Below, in pieces: positions 1 through 10,140 of a DNA stretch of 64,000 bases. Under the pieces are notes generated by a model that searched no databases, was not told the DNA's origin, and saw only the letters and a list, made by a program, of their open reading frames with translations. The first letter of the stretch is position 1; every line of letters starts with the position of its first letter. The position numbers and the translations under genes are program-made. The stretch is taken from assembly GCA_963840865.1 (NCBI GenBank), contig CAWJAP010000024.1:40862-104861 (forward strand), given 5' to 3'. Origin of the DNA: Vicinamibacterales bacterium. Its GTDB lineage: Bacteria; Acidobacteriota; Vicinamibacteria; Vicinamibacterales; Vicinamibacteraceae.

Positions 1-1046
1 TCATCAGCGAGCAGGAGCGGGCCGGCCTCGACCTGGTGACGCACGGCGACTACCACTGCGACGAGGACCTCGCCGGCCGGTCGTGGCACCACTACCCGCT
101 GCAGCGCTGGAAGGGCTTCGAGGGCGACTACCTGCAGCCGGACGAGACCACCGCGCCCTGGCTGCGCTACCCGCCGGGCACGCTCCTCAACGAGATCTAC
201 ACCGGCTGGCGCTGGCCGCACGTCGTCGACAAGATCGAGCACCAGCCGCTCGACTATCCCAAGCTGTGGCGGATGGCGCAGGCGCGCGCGTCGAAGCCCG
301 TCCGCTTCGGCACCTGCTGCTCGCAGGTGATGGGCCTCTTCCTCGACATCCACACGCCGAAGTACACCGACAAGCGGCAGATCATCTGGGACATGGCGGA
401 AGCCATGAACACGGAGCTCCGCGCCCTGCGCGACGCCGGCTGCCGGTTGATTCAGATCGAGGAGCCGACGCTGCACTTCATGGCGAACTCGTTCGGCAAG
501 GACCACGAGTCGGTGAAGTTCATGATCGACGCCTACAACCGCGAGGTGGAGGGCCTCGACGACTGCGAGATCTGGATTCACACGTGCTGGGGCAACCCGA
601 ACATGCAGCGGGTGATGGAGGATACGAGCTACGCCGCATCCATCGAGCTGTACCTCGAACGCTGCAAAGGCGACGTGTGGACGCTCGAGATGAAAGACCG
701 CAACCGCCGCGACCTCGAGCTCTTCGAACCGCTGAAGCACGACCTGAAGAAGAAGATCTGCATCGGCGCCGTGAGCCATCGCACGCTCCAGGCCGATCGA
801 GCCGAAGACGTCGCCGGCGAGATCCGCGCGGCGCTGAAGTTCATTCCGCCGGAACGGCTCATCGTCTCGAGCGACTGCGGCTTCGGACGTCAGGGCTGCA
901 ACCGCGAGATTGCGTTCTACAAGGCCACGGCCATCGCGCAGGGCGCCAACATCGTGCGCGCCGAGCTCGGGCTGCCGACGACGGTCGTGCCCGCCGCCGC
1001 CGCGGTGCTCCAAACCGACCGGCTGGCGAAGCGCGCGCAGGCCTGA
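1..1046 (+). CDS. cobalamin-independent methionine synthase-like protein (MetE C-terminal / Meth_synt_2-type), 5' end outside window
   Basis: Frame 3 is open from base 3 (ISEQERAGLDLVTHGD) and continuous with ORF 36..1046. Family-like motifs LIQIEEPTLHF, IWIHTCWGN, IVSSDCGFG. G/C-ending codons dominate. Confidence 0.75.
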   Translation, partial: ISEQERAGLDLVTHGDYHCDEDLAGRSWHHYPLQRWKGFEGDYLQPDETTAPWLRYPPGTLLNEIYTGWRWPHVVDKIEHQPLDYPKLWRMAQARASKPVRFGTCCSQVMGLFLDIHTPKYTDKRQIIWDMAEAMNTELRALRDAGCRLIQIEEPTLHFMANSFGKDHESVKFMIDAYNREVEGLDDCEIWIHTCWGNPNMQRVMEDTSYAASIELYLERCKGDVWTLEMKDRNRRDLELFEPLKHDLKKKICIGAVSHRTLQADRAEDVAGEIRAALKFIPPERLIVSSDCGFGRQGCNREIAFYKATAIAQGANIVRAELGLPTTVVPAAAAVLQTDRLAKRAQA

Positions 1047-1052
1047 GCGGCG

Positions 1053-1491
1053 ATGTCCGTCCTTCGTGGCGTCCTCGTCGTTGTGGCCCTGCTCGTCCCG
1101 GCGATCCCGGCCGGGCTGGCCGCGCGATCTGCCCCGCGCGCGACGTTTCCCGAAGCCAGCCTCGCCGCAAGCTATGTCATGCAGGCCGGCGTCGGCGGGT
1201 TCTCGGCCTCGGATCTGTCGAGGGTCCTCGCGGGCAAGCTTGGATCGGCCACGCCGTTCATCGGCCTGTCTTCGCACGGCGTGTCTGGCGGCGCCCGCCC
1301 GAGTTCCTCGAGACGGCGCTGCAGTTGCTCCACCTCGCCATCACGTCGCCGAATCACGATCCAAACGCGCTCGCTGTCATCAAGCGCCAGAGGCGTTGAC
1401 GACCGAAACCGTGCGCGACACGGCGCGCGCGATGTTCTCGAGCGATCGCTACACCATCGTGTCACTCGTGCCAGAGTCGCAGACACAGTAA
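1053..1491 (+). pseudogene. relic of an M16 (insulinase/pitrilysin-like) peptidase C-terminal domain, split over three frames
   Basis: Pieces ASYVMQAGVGGFSASDLSRVLAGKLGSATPFIGLSSHGVSG (frame of 1053), PEFLETALQLLHLAITSPNHDPNALAVIKRQ (frame of 83..1399) and TETVRDTARAMFSSDRYTIVSLVPE (frame of 910..1491) read consecutively like the inactive-domain end of M16 peptidases. Far too short for a full enzyme. Confidence 0.4.
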
Positions 1492-1547
1492 CGAGCCGTC
1501 TCCCGCTCATCCGGCGAGTCTGGCGTGGATTTCGCAGCGCGTCGGGC

Positions 1548-3505
1548 GTGTCGCGCATCAAACTGAATGACCTAAGTTCATCCGGTGTGCACTTGACACC
1601 GCACGAAGCGGTTGCCGTCGTGCATCAGGTGTGCAATCTTTTGAAGGTCGAACGCCGCGGATCGCCCCTTCATACGCCGACATTGGACGAGTTATTCGTC
1701 ACCGATGAAGGTGAAATCGGTATCGAGCCGCAGCGCGAGCCCCTCCCACGTGTTCCGCTGCGCTCGCTGAGCCAGCTCGTGGACGAGCTCCTCGATCCGG
1801 ACGCCATCGGGAACGAAAAAAATTCCGGTGGCGAGTCGCGGATGTACGGAGTTCAGACACACCACCGACCCATTGTACGGTTTGGCGCCACGTCAACCGT
1901 CAAGCCCGGCGATGAGCGTGCCGTTCTCCGCCAGCTGTTCGATCGCGCACAGGTCGAGAGGCCGCCTGCGATCCCCGACTCTGCGAAGGCGCCAACGGTC
2001 GAGCCGATCGAAAGCGACGCGCAGTTCACGGTCTTCTTCGAGGCCCCGAGCGACTTGGCGTTCGCGGATCAGGTTGAGCAGTCGGCTGCGGACCCCGCGC
2101 CGCAAGCGGACGAGGCAACGGTTTCGGAGAACGCGGAGCGGTTCTTCGAGCCGGCGTTCACCACGCTGCCCGACGGCCGCGGCGGCATTGCGACCGACGG
2201 GCTCGCGGCAAGCTCGGGCGAGGTCTCACGGCAAGGCCAGCAGGAGGCCGCGCCATCCGGCTCGTTCTTCGGTGAACGCCAGGAGGCGGTGTTCTTCCCG
2301 CGAGAGGATGCCGGGCAGACGACATCCTCGCATCGTGAGGAGGCTGAGAGCGCGACGCCGGAGCTGAGGATCCAGCCGGCTGACATCGCGGCTCGGGTGG
2401 AGCCGACAACGGTGGAGCCCAACCGCCGGGCATCGCGATCGGCCACTTTGTTCGTTCAGCCGCCACCTCCCGAGGCGGGCCGAGGCCTCCAGGTTCTCTC
2501 GGCATCCTTCCTGATGGCCGCGGTGGCCGCCGCCGTTGCCGGGCAGTGGTCGGGTGTGATGGACTTCGACCGGCTGTTGCCAGGACGCACGACCGGTGCG
2601 AATGACGAGATTCCGCGGTTGCTCTCGGCAGGCCTGCCGGACGCTCGAGCTGACAAGGGTGACGTCCGACCAATCCAGGCGGTCGACGGGCAGGCAGCGG
2701 CCCCCATCGAGGTGTCGAACACCAAAATAGGGGGCGACGACGCAACGAGCTGGTCTCCGGCCACGCGGGACGAGCTCGCGACTCTTCAGACTCCTCGTTG
2801 GAGCGATGACATGATGCCGTTCGGCGACGCACGGATCTCGCCGGACGGCCGCTGGATTGCATTCGTGGACGAGCGGGGGAGGGCGCGCGGGGCGTGTACC
2901 TCGCCGATCGCGACGGCACCAACGCGCGCCGCATCGGCGGCTCCGAGCGTGCGACGGCGCCAAGCTGGTCGCCCGACTCCGCGTTCCTTGCGTTTGTGAA
3001 AGCCGAGCCGCAGCGACCAGGCGTCTGGAACGTCTGGGTTCATCGCATCTCGACCGGCGAGGACCGGCAGCTCAGCTCGTACGATGCCGGCGTCGTGCGT
3101 TCCGCCACCTGGTTCCCGAATGGGGAGCGGCTGGCGTATTCGCACGGGGCGACGCTGGTCATCGTCGATATCGAGACGGCCTCGTCGCGCCGCATCGACT
3201 CGCCCGTGCCCGGCCGCCGGCTGCGCGCGTCCTCGGTCTCGCCCGATGGGCGCTACGTCGCCATGCCGCTCGAACGGGACGGGGTGTGGCTGCTCGAGGT
3301 GCGGACCGGCCGCATGCACCGGATCATCCAGGATCCGCAGGTCTCCGACGACGTGAAGTGGCTCGGACGGAGCGGCCGGTTGGCGTACTACCGGCTGCGT
3401 CCCGATGGCGGCTGGCGCACGTGGCGCGGTTCGGCGCCGCTGCGTGGAGATCCTTCCATGGACGCCTCAGGGGAGTCGGGCTCGGGCGACGCCTCGCCGC
3501 GATGA
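1548..3505 (+). CDS. membrane-anchored PD40/TolB-like beta-propeller protein with a degenerate kinase-like N-terminus (1 apparent frameshift near 2885)
   Basis: GTG 1548 in frame with ORF 1053..2999. TM segment VLSASFLMAAVAAAVAG. PD40-type repeats ISPDGRWIAFV, WSPDSAFLAFV, WFPNGERLAYS, VSPDGRYVAM continue in ORF 2894..3505. N-terminal LTPHEAVAVVHQVCNLL / LFVTDEGEIGI resembles only a kinase C-lobe remnant. Confidence 0.55.
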
Positions 3506-4641
3506 GTGGCCGCTCCCGGCTCGCAACCACCGCATCGAGTCCTCGAGCTCCGCGAGGGTTCCACCGGGCAAGAGCGCGTCGACGAAGGGCAGTGCCGCCA
3601 TCAAGCCGCGCGTGCGCGCCTCGAAGCCCGGAGTTCCGGCGAGCGGGTGGAGCCAGAACAGCCGGTGACAGTTTCGTCGCAGCCGCGCTGTTTCATGCTC
3701 GATGATCTCAGGCTCTCCCTGGTCCCACCCATCACTCACGATGATGACATCCGGTCCGCGATTGAGAACCCGACGGGCCCAGTCGTTGTTGAAGCGGTGA
3801 AGTGACTCGCCGATACGCGTGCCGCCCGACCAGTCCGGGACCAGTGCCGCCGCGGCCGCGAGGGCGTTGTCGACACCACGTGCCGCGAAGGCGCGTGTGA
3901 CGCGGGTGAGGCGCGTACCGAAGACGAAGACCTCCACTGCGGTGCGATGCCGCCTGCGTCTCGCGCCGAGCGCCGTCAGATGCACGAAGGTGAGGATGGC
4001 GCGCGCGAATCGTTCCATCGAGCCGCTCACGTCGACCAGCACGACGAGGGGCCGCGGCCTGGTCGTGTGGGCCCGGTAGCGACGAATCAGAATCTCGCCG
4101 CCGTGGCGAACCGCCTCGCGAATCGGTACGGCGCCAGTCCGGGAACCTGCCCGCCGGTCGCCGGCGGAACCTCCGTGTCCGGCGTTCGGCCGGTCGGCCA
4201 CGTGGCCCGCTCCATCAGCCGCCGCAGAGCGGTCTCCTCCTCGGGCGTGAGGCGGTCGAAGTGTTTGGCGCGCAGCCGCTCGGTATCGCTCCAGGTTGCG
4301 CTGCGGTCGGAAACGTCCTGCGGCCGATCGTCGCGCTCGCGGCCCGGCTGGCGGATCAGCGCGAGCTGCGCCGTCAGCCGCGGCAGTGTTGGCGGGGGCA
4401 CCGGCGGAGGCGCGGGCTTGCGCCGCAGCCAGACGCGGTCGAACACCGCATCGATCTTGTCGGCTTCCTCGCGGCTCGTGGCGAGCGTGGCGCGTGCCGC
4501 GTCGCGGACGTTCTGCGCCCGCTCGAAACCGACCAGCTCGAGCGCGCGCACGAACCGCTCGATCTGGAGCGGTGTCACCCCCACGCCGGCCGAGCGGACC
4601 TCACGCGCGAACCGGACGACTTCCGCGAGCAGCGTGCTCAT
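3467..4641 (-). CDS. coxE: VWA domain-containing CoxE-like protein (1 apparent frameshift at about 4090-4200)
   Basis: N-terminus MSTLLAEVVRFAREVRSAGVGVTPLQIERF in ORF 4087..4974. C-terminal VWA with MIDAS VVLVDVSGSM in ORF 3467..4201. ATGA start/stop overlap with coxD at 4638-4641. Confidence 0.8.
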
Positions 4642-5534
4642 GCCTGAGCCGCGATGAGATCCCTGATGCGGGTGCGGACGGTATCGAAGTCGTCGTGCGA
4701 TTTCACCAGCGCGCCGATCGTGTCGGCGGCGACGGCTTCGGTGATCTCGGGCGCGCCGAGCGCCGCAGCGCCGCGGCCCAGTCGAGCGTCTCGGCGATGC
4801 CCGGCGGCTTCTGGAGATCGAGGCCGCGCAGCCCCTGCGACGAAGGCGACGATCTGGCGCGACAGCACGTCGGGCAGGCCGGCCACCTTGCGCGCGGACG
4901 ATGCGCAGCTCCTTGTCGAAGGAGGGATAGGGAATCCAGTGATAGAGGCAGCGGCGCTTGAGCGCGTCGTGCACCTCGCGCGTCCGGTTCGAGGTGATGA
5001 TCGACGACCGGCGGCTGCGCCGCGCGGATCGTGCCGACTTCCGGGATGGTGATCTGCCAGTCGCCGAGCAGCTCGAGCAGGAACGCCTCGAACTCCTCGT
5101 CGGCGCGATCGATCTCGTCGATGAGCAGCACCGGCGGCGGGATCCGTCGTCGTGCTCGATCGCGCGCAGCAGCGGACGCTTCCGGAGGAACGCGGGCCCG
5201 AAGATCTCCTGCTCGAGATCGCGCGGTGTCGCGCTCCCGACGCTTCGCGCAGCCGGATGTGCAGCATCTGCCGCGCGTAGTCCCAGTCGTAGACCGCCTG
5301 CGCCACGTCGAGGCCTTCATAGCACTGGAGGCGGATCAGCGGGCGTGCCGGCACGGCCGCGAGCACGCGCGCGATCTCCGTCTTGCCGACGCCGGGCTCG
5401 CCTTCGAGCAGCAGCGGGCGCTGCAGCCGCAGCGCCAGGAACACCGACGTCGCCAGCTCGCGCTCGGCGACGTAACCGCACGCGTCGAGCGCGTCGAGCG
5501 TGGCCTCGATGCGAGTCGGCCGGTCGAGGGACAT
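4638..5534 (-). pseudogene. coxD: MoxR-type AAA ATPase CoxD-like, at least 5 frame switches
   Basis: MSLDRPTRIEATL..., Walker A LLLEGEPGVGKT (frame of 4638..6173). Walker B PPVLLIDEIDRADEEFEAFLLELL (frame of 4703..5320). HDALKRRCLYHWIPYPSFDKELRIV (frame of 4087..4974). Pieces are collinear. Confidence 0.8.
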
Positions 5535-5553
5535 GTCTAAGCAGGAGGCGGGC

Positions 5554-6487
5554 TCAGCTCCGCCTGGCAACCTCGTCGCCGGGGCCAGAGCCACGGCCTC
5601 CTGGTGCGTTCGTCCACGCGCCCTCGCGGCGGCGCTGAGTGATGGCGCGGCGCGCCAGCACGTCCACGAGATGCGCCCGGTACTCGCCGATGCGAACTGG
5701 TCCCCGAGCAGATCGTCGGCAGCGACGAGTCCGCGGCACGCCGCACGCGAGCGCCGCGTCGTCGAGCGCCGTGCCGGCGAGCGCCGCTTCGAGCGCCTGG
5801 AGACGGGTGGCGCTGCGACGCCGCGCCGGTGACGGCCACGCGCGCGCCGCGGCAGACGCCGACCGTCAGCGTCGACCACGGCCGCGACGCCGACGACGGC
5901 GTAGCGCGACGCCGGATGCGGGAACTTCTCGTAGGCCATGCCGGTGCCGGTTCGAGATCGAGCGGCACGTGGATTTCGGTGAGGACTTCGTTGGCTCGCA
6001 GCGCCGGTCGCGAACAGGCCCGTGAAGAAGTCGTCGGCGCGCAATCGTTGCGGCCGCCCGATCGGTCCTTCGACGCGGATCGTCGCGCCGAGCGCGAGCA
6101 CGACGGCCGGGAAGTCGGCCGCCGGATCGGCGTGCGCGAGGCTGCCGCCGATGGTGCCGCGGTTGCGCACCATCGGATCGCCGATGAGCGCCGCGGCTTC
6201 TGGCAGGATCGGACAGGCCGATCTGCAGCTCCTTCGAGAACTCGATCTCCCGATGCGTCGTCAGCGCGCCGATCGCGATCGATGTCGCCCATCGCGCCGG
6301 ATGCCGCGCAGCTCCTGCATGCCGCCGAGATCGACGAGCGTCGGCGGGCTCGCGAGCCGCAGCTTCATCGGCGGAATCAGCGAGTGGCCGCCCGCGAGCA
6401 GCTTCGCGTCCGGGTCGGCTCCGCGAGCGTGCGCGAGGGCGTCCTGGACGCTCGTGGCGCGGTGATACGTGAACGCGCTGGATACAT
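5554..6487 (-). pseudogene. coxM: FAD-binding medium subunit of a molybdenum hydroxylase (CoxM-like), several frame switches
   Basis: Hand translation from ATG 6487: FTYHRATSVQDALAHARGADPDAKLLAGGHSLIPPMKLRLA, then VRNRGTIGGSLAHADPAADFPAVVLALGA, EVLTEIHVPL, AYEKFPHPASRYAVVGVAAVV, EYRAHLVDVLARRAI spread over three frames. Confidence 0.75.
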
Positions 6488-6525
6488 GGCGATCCTCGGA
6501 CGCTGCCAGCTGAAGCTACGTGCCC

Positions 6526-8936
6526 TCAGGCTGCGTCAGCTTCACGCGTGCGCGGCCTGGCCGCGGCCGCCTCGATCGCGCGCCACACCTTTTCGGCGGT
6601 CAGCGGCATGTCGAGATGCGTGACGCCGAAGGGCTTCGAGCGCGTCGATCACCGCGTTGGCGACCGCCGCCGTCGACGCGATCGTGCCGGCTTCGCCGAT
6701 GCCTTTGACGCCGAGCGGATTGTGCGGCGACGGCGTCACCGTGTGATCGAGCTCGAACGACGGCAGATCGTCGGCGCGCGGCATCGTGTACTCGAGGAAC
6801 GAGCCGGTCGTGAGCTGCGCCTGATCGTCGTAGGCGCGCCTCCTCGAGCAGCGCCTGGCCCGTGCCGTGCGCCACGCCGCCGTGCAGCTGGCCTTCGACG
6901 ATCAGCGGGTTGATGTGCGGGACCGCAGTCGTCGACGGCGACATAGCGCCGCAGCGTACGTGCGCCCGTGTCGGCGATCCACTTCGACGACCGCGATGTG
7001 CGTGCCGAACGGATAGACGAAGTTCTTCGGATCGTAGAAGTGGCTGGCTTCGAGTCCGGGCTCGACGCCCTCGGGCATGTTGTGGCACGAGGTGCGCCTG
7101 CAGCGAGACGTCGAACCACGACTTGGAGCGATCGGGCACGCCCTTCACCCGGAACTTGCCGTCGACGTACTCGACGTCCTCGGGCGCGGCTTCGAGCAGG
7201 TGCGCGGCGATGCGCGTGGCCTTGTCGCGGATCTTGTCCGGCGGCGAGCTTGATGCGCCGACAGGCCGACGGCGGCGCTGCGGCTGCCGTACGGTGCCCC
7301 AGCCGAACGGCATTCTTGCCGGTGTCGCCATGCACGATCGTGATGTCGCCCATCGGCACCTGCAGCTCGTCGGCCACGACCTGCGCGAACGCGGTTTCGT
7401 GGCCCTGCCCGTGGCTGTGCGATCCGGTCAGCACTTCGACCTTGCCGGTCGGCATGACCCGGACGACGCGCGCTCTCCCAGAGGCCGGCCTGCGCGCCGA
7501 GGCTGCCGACGACCTTCGAAGGCGCGAGGCCGCACGCTTCGAGGTAGCTCGAGAAGCCGATGCCGAGATAGCGGCCCTTCGCGCGCAGCGCGTCCTGCTC
7601 GTCGCGCAGCTTCGCATAGCCGAGGCGATGCCAGCGCCTTGTCGAGCGCGGGCTCGTAGTTGCCGCTGTCGTACTGCAGCGCGACCTTCGTCTGATAGGG
7701 AAACTCGGTCTGGCTGGATGAAGTTCTGCCGCCGGAAATCCGCCGGGTCTTCGCCGAGCTCGTCGCGCCATGCGGCTCATCAGCCGCTCGACGACATAGG
7801 TGGCTTCCGGCCGGCCGGCGCCGCGCACCGCATCGACGGCGGTGGTGTTCGTGAAGACGCCCGTCACCTCGCAGTAGATCGCGGGGAAGCGATACGCGCG
7901 CGTTCATCAGCGTTCCGTACAGGTAGGTCGGCATCGCCGGAGCGAAGAGCGAGAGGTACGCGCCGATGTTCGCGATCGTCTTGACGCGCAGGCCGAGGAC
8001 CTTGCCGTCGGCGTCGACGGCGAGCTCGGCCTCGCTCTCGTGATCGCGGCCATGGCGGTCGCTGACGAAGCTCTCCGCTGCGGCGGGCCGTCCATTTCAC
8101 CGGCCGGTTCAGCTGCCGTGCCGCGTGGAGCGACGATGACTTCTTCCGGGTACGGAAAGATCTTCGAGCCGAAGCCGCCGCCGACGTCGGGGCTGATGAC
8201 GCGCAGCTTGTGCTCGGGGATGCCGAGGACGAACGCCGCGAGGATGAGCGCGATGGATGTGCGGGTTCTGCGTCGTGGTCCACAGCGTGAACTCGTCGGT
8301 CGCGCGCGACGTACTGCGCGACGCGAGCGCGCGGCTCGATGGCGTTCGGCACGAGCCGGCTGTTGCGCAGCGTGAGCGAGACGGTCTTCGCCGCCTTCGC
8401 GAAGTGCGCGTCGGTCTCGGCCTTGTCGCCGATGCTCCATCGGAAGGCCGACGTTGCCGGGGCCTCGTCGTGCAGTTGGACGGCACCGGCTTCGACGCGC
8501 CTTCGAGCCGAGGCGGCGGCCGGACAGCGGATCGTAGTCGACGTCGCACGAGCGCCGCCGCATCGTCGGCCGCGGCCCGGTCTTCGGCGACGACCGCCGC
8601 GACGATCTCGCCGACGTGCCGCACGCGTGTCGACCGCAATCGCATAGTGCGGCGGCATCTTGAGGTCGGGCAGCAGCCAGCCGGTCGGAATCGAGCCGCA
8701 CCTTGGCGTCGACGCAGGTCCTTGCCGGTGATGACCGCGAGCACGCCGGGCTGCGACGCGGCGCCGCGGGCGTCGATGCCCGGTGATGCGCGCGTGCGCG
8801 TACGGGCTGCGGACCATCGCGACGTGCAGCATGCCGGGCAGCGGTCACATCGTCGGTGATACACGCCCGATGCCGGTGAGGAAGCGCGGATCCTCGACGC
8901 GCTTGATCGGCTTGCCGACGTACGTTCGTTCGCCAT
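6526..8936 (-). pseudogene. coxL: molybdopterin-binding large subunit, form-II CoxL-like (xanthine dehydrogenase family), at least 8 frame switches
   Basis: Collinear fragments in ORFs 8109..8936, 7864..8832, 7145..7867, 6736..7617, 6600..7331, 6542..6784. N-terminus [14 protein letters not shown] one frame off the [19 protein letters not shown]. Active-site loop AVRGAGRPEA at about 7811-7831 (form-II type, not the AYXCSFR loop of true CO dehydrogenases). C-terminus GIGEAGTIASTAAVANAVIDAL. Confidence 0.85.
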
Positions 8937-9072
8937 GACGTTGCTCCTCGGAGCGTGTTGACTTCCGTGGTGCCGGACCTGAAGTCCGGCCGCTCCGGTG
9001 GCAGGTTCAGCCGCGCCGACCTGCCGTGCCTGGTAGGCGCGGCTTCAGTCCCGCCGCCGGCGTCGACGGGCC

Positions 9073-9596
9073 TCAGGCTTGTCCGCCCAGACGCTCGGCC
9101 GCGAGGCGCACCGCGCTGACGATGTTGTGATAGCCCGTGCAGCGGCAGTAGTTGCCTTCGAGCGCGTGGCGGATCTCATCGTCGGTCGGGTTGGGCGCGT
9201 GCTGACAGCAGGTCGTACGTGGCGATGACCATGCCGGGCGTGCAGAAGCCGCATTGCAGACCATGGGCTGTCCCAGAACGCCTGCTGCATCGGATGCAGG
9301 GCGCCGTCCGTCGACAGCCCTTCGATGGTGGTGATCGTCGGCGCCGTCGGCCTGGACGGCGAACATCGTGCACGACTTGACGGCGACGCCGCCGAGGAGC
9401 ACGCGTGCAGGCGCCGCACTGGCTCGTGTCGCAGCCGACGTGCGTGCCGGTCAGGCCGAGCGATCTCGCGCAGGTACTGCACGAGCAGCGTGCGCGGCTC
9501 CACGCTCGCGTGGCGCTCGACGCCGTTGATGGTCAAGGTGATCGGCACGAGCGCCGCCGACGCGTCTGGCGACAGGGCATGCGCAGTCTGAGGCAT
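9073..9596 (-). pseudogene. coxS: [2Fe-2S] small subunit of a molybdenum hydroxylase (CoxS-like), at least 5 frame switches
   Basis: [108 protein letters not shown] alternate between the frames of ORFs 9045..9596, 9073..9402 and 9176..9373. Confidence 0.85.
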
Positions 9597-9641
9597 GGCA
9601 AAGGATCCCTTTCGGCGATCGACCGTATGCAGTCGTCGTCG

Positions 9642-10082
9642 CTACGTGCGACGCGCTTCCTCTTCGAGTCGACTGAAGAACTGTGCCGCCTGCGCGCGCG
9701 CCACCGGCTCGGCGAGACGCGCGCCGACCGACGCCAGCAGGCCGACGAGCCGCGGCTCGCCGCTCCACGTGACACGCGTGTCGGCGCCTTCGTCGCCCAG
9801 CGCGATGCGGCCCCGCGCATTGGCGCCGCCCATGGCGCTTCCAGCCGTCACCTTCAAGGTCATCGCTTCTTCCGGCACCTTGTCGGTCAATTCGATCTGG
9901 CCTTTGAACGGAACCGTGACGACGCCCAGCTTCACGGTGAACGCCGCCTTGAAGCGGTCCTCCCCGTCGGGCTCGAGGCTCTCGAGTCCCGGGGTGCAGC
10001 GCGCGAGCACGGCCGGGTCGTTCAACAGCGCCCACACACGCGCTCGCGGCGCTTTGACGAGCGACGTGCCCTGGATCTGCAC
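9642..10082 (-). CDS. coxG: CoxG-like SRPBCC protein
   Basis: ORF 9642..10142. VQIQGTSLVKAPRARVWALLNDPAVLARCTPGLESLE is typical of CoxG. I prefer GTG 10082 (GGAG about 9 nt upstream), because ATG 10142 would overlap the divergent xdhC start codon. Confidence 0.75.
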   Translation of the reverse strand: MQIQGTSLVKAPRARVWALLNDPAVLARCTPGLESLEPDGEDRFKAAFTVKLGVVTVPFKGQIELTDKVPEEAMTLKVTAGSAMGGANARGRIALGDEGADTRVTWSGEPRLVGLLASVGARLAEPVARAQAAQFFSRLEEEARRT

Positions 10083-10140
10083 CGTGGTCGGCTCCGGATT
10101 GGTCGATGACGGTCGCGTATTATATCCGTCAGCCACGCGC

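Noticed and set aside
83-1399. Long alternative-frame and antisense ORFs overlapping real genes (for example 83..1399, 10591..12363, 24786..26984, 36212..37666, 39958..41865, 55303..57885, 57970..59451, 61079..63289)
   Set aside because: Their translations are Arg/Ala/Pro/Gly-rich low complexity with no recognisable motifs. Stop codons are rare in any frame of high-GC DNA. Each overlaps a gene with clear family motifs in another frame or on the other strand.
3467-9596. Programmed ribosomal frameshifting or recoding as the explanation for the many frame switches
   Set aside because: The switches are numerous, irregularly spaced and in both directions, and lack slippery-heptamer context. Some occur as compensating pairs at mononucleotide runs. 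Sequence error or decay is far more plausible.
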